A stretch of 32,000 nucleotides of DNA from Candidatus Hermodarchaeota archaeon. Lineage in GTDB: Archaea > Asgardarchaeota > Heimdallarchaeia > Hodarchaeales > Hodarchaeaceae. Position 1 is the first letter of the stretch; every line of letters starts with the position of its first letter. Shown in pieces: positions 1 through 9,500 of this stretch. The position numbers and the translations under genes are program-made. The stretch spans positions 120,001 through 152,000 of the forward strand of contig JBHLKY010000002.1 in NCBI GenBank assembly GCA_048886185.1. Reading direction: 5' to 3'. The notes beneath the pieces were generated by a model. It did no database searches. It worked only from the letters and a program-made list of their open reading frames with translations, and had not been told where the DNA came from.

Positions 1-1284
1 AATAACTAAACTAATCGCACCAATTAAGAGTAGCAATCCTGCAAAAGTTAAAGGAATCCGAAGCACCTGTTCCAATCGCGGATTAGAATCGTACCATAGT
101 TGTGCTACAAATCCAGCCAAAATTGGACCAGTTAAATAACCAAGATCCTTGATAGCACGATAAAGGCCAATAATCTTTGGTTTTTCAGCTTCAGGTGAAA
201 TATCAACCGAAATTGATGGTAACACTGGATAGTACAGGCCAACACCAATACCTCCTGAAGCTGAAAGTATGAAAAGAATGAAAAAGGGAGAGCCTCCTCC
301 TTGTAATCCTAGCAAGGCAAATGCTTCTAGACAAAGGCCAATCAGTATGGGAGTTTTTCGACCTATTCGATCACTTATACGACCTGCAAATGGCATTATC
401 AAAGCCCAAGAAAGCGTAAAAATAGCTGTGATCAACCCGGTAGCTTCAATCGAAAAACCATAACCGTATACGGTACTACTTAAAAGTAAGGGGAGGAATA
501 AAACAATGATACTATCCGCCATTTTACTTATATGACCATTTAGACAAGTAATAATCACTGTTGGTCTTAATACAAGGTTCCTAAATCGAATTGGGGTCTG
601 GGGTTTCTCAATTAGTGTACGAAGCTTTTCTAATTCTTCCTGAGTTTCAGATTTGACCCTAGATTGTACAGCTATAATGGCAGTCATCAAACCAATAATA
701 GAAATAATAGCTGAGAATGTAAACGCTGTTGATGTCTCTGCTGTTATCATAGTTATCATACCAGCCCCCAAAGCTCCAAAAGAATACCCTCCATAAACTG
801 AGAGTTCCATAATGCCCATCCATTGAGCGCGTCGGGCTGCCTTACTGACATCCGACAGATATGTCATAGCTCCAGCATAAAGAAGACCCTCACCAGCACC
901 TAAGATAGAGTTTCCAAGACCAAGAAATAAAGGATCCCCATTTGACAGAAGAAGGGGAAAGGCTCCAATTACAAAACAACCTGCTCCAGAAACAATTATC
1001 TTTTTTGTACCAACCCGAGTTGAATACACTCCAGTAAAAGCACCCGCTAAGGCCTTAAATAATCCAAATCCTGATAAAGTAAACGCGATAGAAAGCCAAG
1101 TCCAATTTTCAAACCATTTCGAAAATTCAAGTTGTTCTTCGGCGAATGTTGATAGAATAGTTCTTTGAACACCATAAGCAGAAGCAACGAAAAAAAGAAC
1201 ACTCAAAATACCAAATATTAATAATATTCGGCTTCTACCTTTCTCATTGACTGTTGCTTTTCCAAGATTCCATTTGTCTGTCAT
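1..1284 (-). CDS. MFS transporter (3' end runs off the window; missing from the supplied ORF track)
   Basis: Manual translation from ATG at 1284: MTDKWNLGKATVNEKGRSRILLIFGILSVLFFVASAYGVQRTILSTF...GLGNSILGAGEG...YLSDVSKAARRAQWMGIMELSVYGGYSFGALGAG. Multiple TM helices with MFS-like loop motifs; the reading frame reaches position 1. Confidence 0.85.
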   Translation of the reverse strand, partial: MTDKWNLGKATVNEKGRSRILLIFGILSVLFFVASAYGVQRTILSTFAEEQLEFSKWFENWTWLSIAFTLSGFGLFKALAGAFTGVYSTRVGTKKIIVSGAGCFVIGAFPLLLSNGDPLFLGLGNSILGAGEGLLYAGAMTYLSDVSKAARRAQWMGIMELSVYGGYSFGALGAGMITMITAETSTAFTFSAIISIIGLMTAIIAVQSRVKSETQEELEKLRTLIEKPQTPIRFRNLVLRPTVIITCLNGHISKMADSIIVLFLPLLLSSTVYGYGFSIEATGLITAIFTLSWALIMPFAGRISDRIGRKTPILIGLCLEAFALLGLQGGGSPFFILFILSASGGIGVGLYYPVLPSISVDISPEAEKPKIIGLYRAIKDLGYLTGPILAGFVAQLWYDSNPRLEQVLRIPLTFAGLLLLIGAISLVI

Positions 1285-1470
1285 TGGAAGCGTCTCTCTT
1301 ATGATGATTGAAACTAGCTTTCATAATCATACTTAATATTTTTTTTGAAATCAGTAAGAAATCTAATCTTTTAAAAGAGTAGATAAATCACAGTACGATG
1401 ATCTTCCAGAAGTAGATAGTATACTAAGCAAATGAACACCAAATTAGGAGCCCTATAGGATGTATTTGAC

Positions 1471-1500
1471 AAAAAAGTTGGAAAAAAAGAGAAGAGGGGA
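1471..1500 (-). terminator. Putative archaeal pyrimidine/U-tract terminator of the 1512-2507 gene
   Basis: The minus strand reads TCCCCTCTTCTCTTTTTTTCCAACTTTTTT about 11 nt after the stop codon. Confidence 0.5.
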
Positions 1501-1511
1501 AATTATTCCTA

Positions 1512-2507
1512 TCAAGGAGCTTTCCCTGTATCATAACTTCCTCGAGATACGATATCGATGAAACGAACAATGATAAACAATTCTACAACGCCTACACCAA
1601 TACCAAGAGTAAATAGAATAATAAATATTAGAAAATATAACTCATCACCAGTTATTCCTTGTGATGCAATTACAAAAATCCCTGCAAAAAAGGTGTAGAA
1701 CCCAAGAAAGAACGAATATAAGAGGATTTTTCTGTGAAAACCAACTTTATATCCTGCTAGTCTTTTCTCACCGATTATAATTTTGCTTAGTATGCTATTA
1801 AAGCGTAAATAAATCAAATTGGCCTTATTGAATCCTTTATGGGGTGTGGTCACCAGAACCCTAAATAACTTAACGATAACAGAAAAAACAGCCGAAACAA
1901 TTCCAGTTTCGGAAATGATAATCCAGATAGCTGCAATAATGACTCCAATAACACCAATACCCAAGAATAATCCCAAAGGATGGTCAGTGATCAATTTAAT
2001 TATACTGGCAAGTATTTCAAATATATATCCGAGAATATCAGCAATACCAAAACGATCAAGAATGACCTTTCCTTCATCATCCTTTTTGTCATATCCAATA
2101 ATCCATAAAATGATTTCTAACAAGAAACTTAGAAAACTACCAATGGCCTCTATGACGGTTGTAAGTTCAATATTATCAAAAAAACTCGCCAGGCCTCCCC
2201 AATCAAGAAGGTAGAGAATGATAACGAAAAAAATTCCACCAAAAAACCCTGTTAATACAAAGAACCCAGGAATACTTTCCATAAATCTTCGTTCCTCTTC
2301 GCTCAACGGATTATCTGTTGCTTTAACGCGAACAAACCTTATAGAACGTCCAAAAATGCGAGATATCCACACATAAGGCCAAAAAATAATTTTGAGAATC
2401 CCTATAATAAAACGCCAAATTCCAGAAAATATTGCCATAATATCCTCCCTTCCAAAACCATCACTCAAATCGAAACTATATCCGCCTTTTTTAGTGTCTT
2501 CTGTCAA
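1512..2507 (-). CDS. Hypothetical multi-pass membrane protein
   Basis: 331-aa ORF with TTG start preceded by TGAGGT and several hydrophobic helices. No family recognised. Confidence 0.75.
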   Translation of the reverse strand: MTEDTKKGGYSFDLSDGFGREDIMAIFSGIWRFIIGILKIIFWPYVWISRIFGRSIRFVRVKATDNPLSEEERRFMESIPGFFVLTGFFGGIFFVIILYLLDWGGLASFFDNIELTTVIEAIGSFLSFLLEIILWIIGYDKKDDEGKVILDRFGIADILGYIFEILASIIKLITDHPLGLFLGIGVIGVIIAAIWIIISETGIVSAVFSVIVKLFRVLVTTPHKGFNKANLIYLRFNSILSKIIIGEKRLAGYKVGFHRKILLYSFFLGFYTFFAGIFVIASQGITGDELYFLIFIILFTLGIGVGVVELFIIVRFIDIVSRGSYDTGKAP

Positions 2508-2710
2508 ATATATAACCTCACTGTCAGATTAAAGAGTTTTTTATTTCTTTAGATGATAATTTTAAAGTCTTCATTTAAAGAGATAAGATAGCTATTCTCT
2601 CTTCTGATGAATTTTTATATGTTTTTATTTTCTTTCTAAACTGTTTAAAAAAGCTGATAATATTTTACTCTAAAAACAATAAGGGCTATTGAAGCCTTAA
2701 CACTCCAATT

Positions 2711-4189
2711 TTATCGTTTAAGATTACGAAAATCCTTTTTATTCGTGGCCATTTTCTTCAAAAAATCACTATAGTTTTTTCTAGTTATCTTATAATAACC
2801 CTTTGTTAATGCCAAAGGAGTGAGGCGATAGAGGAGTTTGATAAAATACCATGGATAAGCTCTGTGAATATTCGACCTGAAAATCCACTCTAGATCTTTA
2901 AAATTATCATAGAGATACTCAGTTAAAATTTCTACCTCCTCTGTTGTTAAATACTTGGTTCTTATATTAGCAGACAAAGCATCATAATTACTATAATCAG
3001 TAAGATTAGTTACCAAATTTTCCTTAATCAGGATCTCACGAATCTGGGTATTTGGATAAGGAGTTAAAACAAAGAATACTGGGGCATCAGCATTTATCTG
3101 TTTAGAATAGCGGAGGATGTTATCGAAATCTTTAGCTTTATCATCTGGATTTCCTACAATGAGACCACATAACGCAAGTGCGCCCTGACTTCTTATCCGA
3201 GCAACGACTACCTCAGCCTTATCTGCCATATTTGATACATTTTTCCCAATTGTCTGTAACTTCTCCTGCTTGGGATTCTCTATTCCTAAAAAAAAAGCCC
3301 GAAAATTGGCCTCCAAGGCCCTTTTCAACAAATCGGGTTTATTGTACAAACTTCCCACATGGGCTTGGGTTGTATAATGAATATCAGTCAGACCTCTTTC
3401 AATAATCCCATTACAAAGGGTTTGGAAGTGATGTGGATCTAAACTGATATTATCATCAACAAAGAAAATTGCTTCTGTTCCTTGTTTTCTACAGATTTCA
3501 ATATCATCTAATACCCTTTCAATATTAAAGGAACGAAAACTCCGTCCATACATTTTGTTTATTGAACAAAACTTACAACTATACTTACATCCACGAGATG
3601 TCTCAATTACATCTGCTTTTTTCCCAAGTATATGAAATCCTTTCGTTAATAGTCGAATGTCACGTCGAGGTAAATTTAGTGTGGATAAATCAGTTAATTT
3701 TCTCCACGGATTATGAATAAACTCTCCATTATGTTGGAAGGATAACCCATCGATATCTTGCAAGTCTGTTGTACTATTTTCAAGAGCTCGAAGCAACTCC
3801 TGAAAAGTATGCTCACCTTCTCCTTTTATTATGAAGTCCAGATCCGATTTCCAAGTTCGTCCGACTTCTTCAGGCATCATAGAAGCATGATAACCTCCCA
3901 AAACTATCTTGATGTTTGGATCAAGAGTTTTAATAAACCTCGCAATATATCTAGCGATTTGACTCTGAAAACTCATAGATGAGAGCCCAACAATGTCAGG
4001 CTGTTGATTGTTAATTTGGATTTGAAGAAAGCTCTTAAAATTTCGTCTTCTAAGGACTAGATCCGCGATTGCAACCTCATGTTCGTCACTGAGATTTCCT
4101 GCAATGGAACAAAGGGCTAAATTGGGAAGAACGGCGAAATGATTGAAAAAGTAAACAGTATTAGGCATAGATAACAATAACACACGCAT
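2711..4189 (-). CDS. Cobalamin-binding domain radical SAM protein (class B type)
   Basis: N-terminal B12-binding region (PDIVGLS...KIVLGGYHAS...DFIIKGEGE) and radical SAM motif ETSRGCKYSCKFC, followed by FFVDDN. Confidence 0.9.
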   Translation of the reverse strand: MRVLLLSMPNTVYFFNHFAVLPNLALCSIAGNLSDEHEVAIADLVLRRRNFKSFLQIQINNQQPDIVGLSSMSFQSQIARYIARFIKTLDPNIKIVLGGYHASMMPEEVGRTWKSDLDFIIKGEGEHTFQELLRALENSTTDLQDIDGLSFQHNGEFIHNPWRKLTDLSTLNLPRRDIRLLTKGFHILGKKADVIETSRGCKYSCKFCSINKMYGRSFRSFNIERVLDDIEICRKQGTEAIFFVDDNISLDPHHFQTLCNGIIERGLTDIHYTTQAHVGSLYNKPDLLKRALEANFRAFFLGIENPKQEKLQTIGKNVSNMADKAEVVVARIRSQGALALCGLIVGNPDDKAKDFDNILRYSKQINADAPVFFVLTPYPNTQIREILIKENLVTNLTDYSNYDALSANIRTKYLTTEEVEILTEYLYDNFKDLEWIFRSNIHRAYPWYFIKLLYRLTPLALTKGYYKITRKNYSDFLKKMATNKKDFRNLKR

Positions 4190-4387
4190 TTAATGTTCCT
4201 CTGTCTCAAAAATCCGAGAGGGGTCGTTCTTACATTAAGTGGACGAGTTTTTCTCTTTCTATATTTGGTAAACCATGAAGATAAAAATCAATAAAGTCCT
4301 TACCCAATTTTTGTTTAAACTCATAATTCATAATCTCAACTAAAGCTCTATAAAGGACTAATCATATTACACTAAGGTGTGATTATT

Positions 4388-4762
4388 ATGGCTGATTTGA
4401 AAGGTATTGGACGAATATTAGGTGTGCTTGGGGGAATAATTATGCTGATATTTGCTATCATCATTGCAGTCTCAAATTTAGCTGAGGATCTCGTAGAAGC
4501 AATGAGTGACATACTAGACTTAACCACAATTAATCTCACAGGACAAGCGTTGGGTGAACAAGGATGGATTATCGCTGCTACAATCACAGCAGTCTGCGGG
4601 TTAATTGCAATACTTGGATATCAGAAGTTGGCATCTAGAGATAAAAGTGCTTTAATTCTTTGGGGTATCATCTATATTGTAATTGGGATCATTGGTGGTA
4701 CTGTGGGAGGATTAATTGTATTAATCGGCGGAATAATTCTCGTAATAGACTATTTCCTCTAA
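4388..4762 (+). CDS. Small Gly-rich membrane protein, hypothetical
   Basis: ATG at 4388 follows AAGGTGTGA and is in frame with the track ORF starting at 4379. About 4 hydrophobic segments with GxxxG patterns. Confidence 0.75.
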   Translation: MADLKGIGRILGVLGGIIMLIFAIIIAVSNLAEDLVEAMSDILDLTTINLTGQALGEQGWIIAATITAVCGLIAILGYQKLASRDKSALILWGIIYIVIGIIGGTVGGLIVLIGGIILVIDYFL

Positions 4763-4770
4763 ACTAATAC

Positions 4771-4790
4771 AATTTCTCTCTTTTTTTTAT
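4771..4790 (+). terminator. Putative U-tract terminator
   Basis: TTTCTCTCTTTTTTTT about 10 nt after the stop at 4762. Confidence 0.5.
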
Positions 4791-4870
4791 TGGAAATAAT
4801 CCCTCTAATTACCACATGTGGGGCAAGTCCAAGGAGATAACCTTGAAAATACTGATCGCTACTTCTCATA

Positions 4871-4981
4871 TCAACCACTAGTTGGTACCTTAAGGTTATA
4901 ATTAGCAATAAAAACTATAATTAAAAAAACACTAATAAGAAAAAAGTTAAGAGAAGTACCATCAACTCTGACTCTTGACAT
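4871..4981 (-). CDS. Unannotated 36-aa single-pass membrane micro-protein
   Basis: TGAGGTGA directly precedes ATG. Translation MSRVRVDGTSLNFFLISVFLIIVFIANYNLKVPTSG* has a basic N-terminus and one hydrophobic helix. Confidence 0.55.
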   Translation of the reverse strand: MSRVRVDGTSLNFFLISVFLIIVFIANYNLKVPTSG

Positions 4982-5149
4982 TTCACCTCAAGATCCATTA
5001 TAAGAAAGTATAAAGACGAACCAACTATTATTGTCTCAAGGTAGTAACTAGTTTACTAGTACCAATTCACATTACTTACAAAGATTATGCAACTTTGTTA
5101 ATGAAATTTCATCTAAGCTCTTGTTCTACATATTAAAGTTCTAGAGAGG

Positions 5150-6880
5150 ATTGAACTGGAATCAATTCTGAATCAGGTTGAATCACTGGTTACTCAAGAG
5201 AATTATGAGAAAGCACTAGAACAGATTCTAAAGAATGAATTATTAGAAGAATTGGATGAATCCTCTTATTTGATAATGTTGTATTTCAAGAGTATCTGTT
5301 TTCTTAACCTTGGAGAATTAGCAAAAGCAAAGGAGATATCGACTAAATTACTCAATCTAAGTACGGAATCTCAAAAAGTTCTTCACATATTAGATGCTAT
5401 TTGCCTTCTACTCAAGATTTCCATGATGTTTGAAACAAGAGATGAAAGTAAGCAACTGATTACAGATGGGGAACGCTTTCTAAAACAAGAATTATTAACT
5501 GAATCAAATGAGTATATACAAAGGAAAGCAACTTTCCTTTATCTAAAAGCAATTACTTTCAATCCTAATACGGAATCAGATAAGATATTACCTTTGATTC
5601 AGGAGAGTTTATCGCTTAGAGAATCAATTAATGACAAAAATGGTATTGGTGAATCATTATACGGATTGGGGAACTTTTATCTATATAAAGGAGATCGTAA
5701 TTTAGCACAAAAATTCTTCAATGAAAGTTTGTCTGTAGGAGAGGAAACAGGAAATCAATATCTTATTTCACAGGCTTTTCGGGCACTAGGGAATATACAT
5801 CTATTCAGAGGAAAATTTAACCTTGCTTTAGATTATACCAAGAAAGCTCTTACTCTAGCTGAGAAAATAAAGAATAAGTGTGAGATATCACATAATATGC
5901 AACATTTGGGAGAAATATATTATTATAAAGGGGAGCTTGAATCAGCAGAGAGATGTATTACAAGTGCCCTTGAGCTTGCAGAAGCAACTGACAACACCGT
6001 CATGATTATTCTTAGCTTATATGACTTTGGAAGATTATTGCAGGACAGGGGAGAGTTTCACACTTCATTGGAATGTTATAAGAAAGCTCTAAATCTCGTT
6101 ATGAAAAGAGATGCAAAATTTTACTTGGCTGAAGGATTATATTATCTTATTCGTCTATACACTTACCATCTTACTCCAAGTAAAGCTATCCCGTTTCTAA
6201 AAGAATTGGATAAGCTGAGGAGAGAAGAGAATAATTATTGGAATAATTTAATATACCAAGCAGGAAAAGCTCTTATCTTAAAAACCAGTAAACGATTACC
6301 AGAAAAAATGGAAGCCCTTCGACTCTTTGAGGAAATTGCGAAGGAACCACATAGTGTCTATAAGGTTACAGTTGAAGCAATAATCAATTTATGTGATTTG
6401 CTTCTTTACGAATTGAAAACTACAGGGAATGAAGACCTTCTTAATGAATTAGATCGATATTGTAACCGATTACTTGAGATAGCAAATGAACAAAACTCTC
6501 ATTCGTTATTGACTGAAACATATTGGCTTCAATCAAAACTTGCTTTATTGAAGCTAGATATTCAACAAGCACAATCATTATTACTCAAAGCTCAATCTCT
6601 GGCTGAAGAAAAAGGATTAAAAACATTAGCAGACTCCATTGGTTATGATCATTATTCTTTTTTCTCTCAATTACAGAAATGGGAAGAATATATAGACAGG
6701 AATGTTTCATTGAGTCGTAGGATGGAGTTAGCTCAACTAGAAAATCTTGTTGTCAAAATGATCTACAAGCAATTAAGTGATGTTCCTGGTAAAACAATTG
6801 AGGAATTAATGAAAATAGAGGAATTTCAAGCTTACTTGAAAGAAGCCAAAAGAATTCTTTCGGAGTATAAGGAGGAATAG
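5150..6880 (+). CDS. Tetratricopeptide-repeat (TPR) protein; start uncertain (ATT 5150, CTG 5156 or TTG 5252)
   Basis: Repeated TPR-like helices (e.g. GIGESLYGLGNFYLYKGDRNLAQKFFNESL, ISQAFRALGNIHLFRGKFNLALDYTKKAL). The frame is open from 5117 and the upstream extension is helical and repeat-like. Confidence 0.85.
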   Translation: MELESILNQVESLVTQENYEKALEQILKNELLEELDESSYLIMLYFKSICFLNLGELAKAKEISTKLLNLSTESQKVLHILDAICLLLKISMMFETRDESKQLITDGERFLKQELLTESNEYIQRKATFLYLKAITFNPNTESDKILPLIQESLSLRESINDKNGIGESLYGLGNFYLYKGDRNLAQKFFNESLSVGEETGNQYLISQAFRALGNIHLFRGKFNLALDYTKKALTLAEKIKNKCEISHNMQHLGEIYYYKGELESAERCITSALELAEATDNTVMIILSLYDFGRLLQDRGEFHTSLECYKKALNLVMKRDAKFYLAEGLYYLIRLYTYHLTPSKAIPFLKELDKLRREENNYWNNLIYQAGKALILKTSKRLPEKMEALRLFEEIAKEPHSVYKVTVEAIINLCDLLLYELKTTGNEDLLNELDRYCNRLLEIANEQNSHSLLTETYWLQSKLALLKLDIQQAQSLLLKAQSLAEEKGLKTLADSIGYDHYSFFSQLQKWEEYIDRNVSLSRRMELAQLENLVVKMIYKQLSDVPGKTIEELMKIEEFQAYLKEAKRILSEYKEE

Positions 6881-6921
6881 GGGGATTGTGAATACTGATG
6901 ATTTGATACTTTCAATCTTCT

Positions 6922-7485
6922 TCAATCAGATTGTAAGAGATGTGTAAATTTCAATCTAAATGAGGCTAGTTTGGGAGAAATAACCATCTGACAATAGGAT
7001 TGAGAAGGATTATTCGCGTAATAATTCTGATGATAATCTTCAGCAGGGTAAAAAGTATCGATAGGACTTAATTTGGTAACAATTGGATTTTTCCAGACTT
7101 TTGATTCCCTTAGCTCTTCAAGGACAGTTTCAGCGATATCTTTTTGAGATTGTGAGTGATAGAAAATTTCTGACCGATACTGAGTTCCGATATCATACCC
7201 CTGACGATTTAATTGTGTTGGATCGTGTATAGAGAAAAAAATATCTAGGATTTCTCGAAAAGAAATGATATCAGGATTAAATGTAACCTGCACAACTTCC
7301 GCATGACCAGTTTCTCCACTACATACATCTTCATATGTAGGATTTTCAATAAAACCTCCCGTGTATCCTGAGACGGCGTCTGTTACCCCCCGTACATTCA
7401 TAAATATTGCTTCTAAACACCAAAAGCACCCACCTCCTAGGGTGGAAATTTCAGATTTTTTATGGACACTCAAGCCAAATAACAC
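6922..7485 (-). CDS. msrA: Peptide methionine sulfoxide reductase A
   Basis: GGGCFWCLE active site plus GYTGG, TYEDVC, GHAEVVQV, GTQYRS and AEDYHQNYY motifs, and a C-terminal YC. Confidence 0.97.
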   Translation of the reverse strand: MLFGLSVHKKSEISTLGGGCFWCLEAIFMNVRGVTDAVSGYTGGFIENPTYEDVCSGETGHAEVVQVTFNPDIISFREILDIFFSIHDPTQLNRQGYDIGTQYRSEIFYHSQSQKDIAETVLEELRESKVWKNPIVTKLSPIDTFYPAEDYHQNYYANNPSQSYCQMVISPKLASFRLKFTHLLQSD

Positions 7486-7696
7486 CTTGAACCGTTATTT
7501 AGAATATAAAGGTGGAATTAAGATAATTAACGGTATTCCTTTTATGAAAGCAATAATTCTTACCTATCTAAGAAGACTACTTTCTGATCTTCGAATTTTG
7601 TGTTTAACCCCTGAAATATCTTAGAAAAATAGCATATAAACGTTGAAGCTGTCAGGGTGAACCATAAATAGATTTCTGAGAAGCAATCCTATTTCA

Positions 7697-8056
7697 TTAT
7701 TTATCCTCAAGCATGTGTTGAAGGAGAACTGAAAATTGTGAGGCGTAGGTTATGAGAGAATTCCTCCCCAGTTCACTCAGAAAAATTTCCATCGTGGGTT
7801 TTAGTTTAATAAAGGTTTTTTTAACTTTGACAAGACCTTCATTTCGTAATTTTTTAATATGAGCTGACAAATTTCCTGAAGTAATCCCGAGAGCTTTTTG
7901 AATAACGGTAAAGGTGGCTCGACCAAGCGGTAGAAGAAACATAAGAATAGCCATTCTGGCAGGATGATGAATAAGCATGTCAACATCTAAGAGTGCCTTA
8001 AGTTCTTCTTCTTCATCTGAGTTAGGAGGCTCCTGCAGATGATAACTAACTATCAA
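7697..8056 (-). CDS. Winged helix-turn-helix transcriptional regulator (ArsR/MarR-like)
   Basis: HHPARMAILMFL...TFTVIQKALGITSGNLSAHIKKLRNEGLV...LSELGR pattern. Confidence 0.85.
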   Translation of the reverse strand: MIVSYHLQEPPNSDEEEELKALLDVDMLIHHPARMAILMFLLPLGRATFTVIQKALGITSGNLSAHIKKLRNEGLVKVKKTFIKLKPTMEIFLSELGRNSLITYASQFSVLLQHMLEDK

Positions 8057-8151
8057 TTAGATTGAGTCCCTTATTTCAAGGAAAATTGCTAGTTGAATTT
8101 ATATCAGATGATATAATCTATCTTACACTGTTTCCTGATAAGCTTATTGCA

Positions 8152-8643
8152 TTAATCGAATGGTGATGGAACCCGAGATGTCCAATTGAATGGTAGAGGT
8201 TCAATTTTTCCATTAAGAGGAACTTCCCATACCTCTGTAACCATTTTCCCTTTATGACTTGAAAAAGCACCTTTAGCTACAAAGATAGCACCAGTTAAAT
8301 CTTTTGTTTCAGGTATCGAGAATATAAATTGGATTTTTGTTTGTGTTTCTGGTTGTGCTTCCCAATCAAACACCAGTGGATCAGTTGACTCAATTTCTTT
8401 ACTATTTAATTTAATTGTGACACGTTCCCATCGCAAATATCCCATTCGATCCCCAATATTTTGAATTAGAACTATTAAATCGATATTTTCATTGCGTCTT
8501 TTTGCAACAAAAGCTTCTATTAAATTGAATTGTGGCCCACGAATTTGATTACACCATATATTATAAATTGAAAGAATTAACGCAATAAAGCCTAGTAACA
8601 GCCCTCCAAAAGCTGCAATACTCGTAATAAGATCATTTACTAA
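8152..8643 (-). CDS. Hypothetical membrane-anchored protein with beta-rich domain; longer than the track ORF (8152-8445)
   Basis: The frame is open from 8661. AAGGAGG at 8658-8652 is followed 8 nt later by TTA. The extension encodes a TM helix (ITSIAAFGGLLLGFIALILSIYNIW) and an Ig-like strand (IDLIVLIQNIGDR). Confidence 0.65.
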   Translation of the reverse strand, partial: LVNDLITSIAAFGGLLLGFIALILSIYNIWCNQIRGPQFNLIEAFVAKRRNENIDLIVLIQNIGDRMGYLRWERVTIKLNSKEIESTDPLVFDWEAQPETQTKIQFIFSIPETKDLTGAIFVAKGAFSSHKGKMVTEVWEVPLNGKIEPLPFNWTSRVPSPFD

Positions 8644-9027
8644 TTTTTTCGCCTCCTTAGTTTATTTATGATCTCAAATTTTATATTCGAAGTAAGTATC
8701 TAAATTTTATTGAGAAAGAAAATTACATTTTTTTTCTAAAAATTGTTGATAAAATTACCACAGTAATTTAACAAATTTAATTTCAATTGACTTGTCTGAT
8801 CTTTTAGGAACCTTTCTTCGTTAGGAATCAAGAAAAAATTATAGCTGCATTTAATTAGAATACTATAAACACTATTAATGGATAATCAAACCCAAAAAAG
8901 ATTATGGGAGAAAAGAATGGGGTGATCATCTCAGAAAAGTTTGTGAACACATTGAAACAATTTTAATTAGTAATAAATGTACTAGAATATAGTCTAACGA
9001 CTGAAACATACTAACTAGGTGTAAAAA

Positions 9028-9258
9028 ATGAATCAAGAATTACAGATTGAAAATACTAGTTTAATGATATTAGGGGTAATTTTATGGATGATAGCGGCAA
9101 TTTCCTTGATTGGTACATTCCTATTTTCAATTGGACTATTCCAAAGACTTACTTATGGCGGAGATTTTGAAACACTAGAACTATTAATACTACTATTGGG
9201 AATACTAAATGCTTCCTCAATCTCGGGTTCAATTTTAATCAGTTCTCGAAAAAAATGA
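9028..9258 (+). CDS. Small two-helix membrane protein, hypothetical
   Basis: AGGTG RBS before ATG; 76 aa with two hydrophobic segments. Confidence 0.65.
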   Translation: MNQELQIENTSLMILGVILWMIAAISLIGTFLFSIGLFQRLTYGGDFETLELLILLLGILNASSISGSILISSRKK

Positions 9259-9500
9259 TTCTAATAACAGAAATATCCTCTCTCTTAATATCAGAGATAG
9301 AATTAGTAGAAATATAAAGTTGAAAGATACATATTTGTACAGCACTCGAGAAGTAAGGTGTGTAAGATTCTTAGAATTCATATTTATAACTATGCTTAAT
9401 CAGAGAATAACCCATCCTCACATACAAACGATATTAATCAAATGATAAGCACACTATTAATAGATAAAATCTTATTCATTCTCAAGAACGATGATGGACT

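Noticed and set aside
8879-8992. Protein-like stretch KPKKDYGRKEWGDHLRKVCEHIETILISNK on the + strand
   Set aside because: No start codon or RBS and no recognisable family. It may be a gene remnant, but this cannot be supported.
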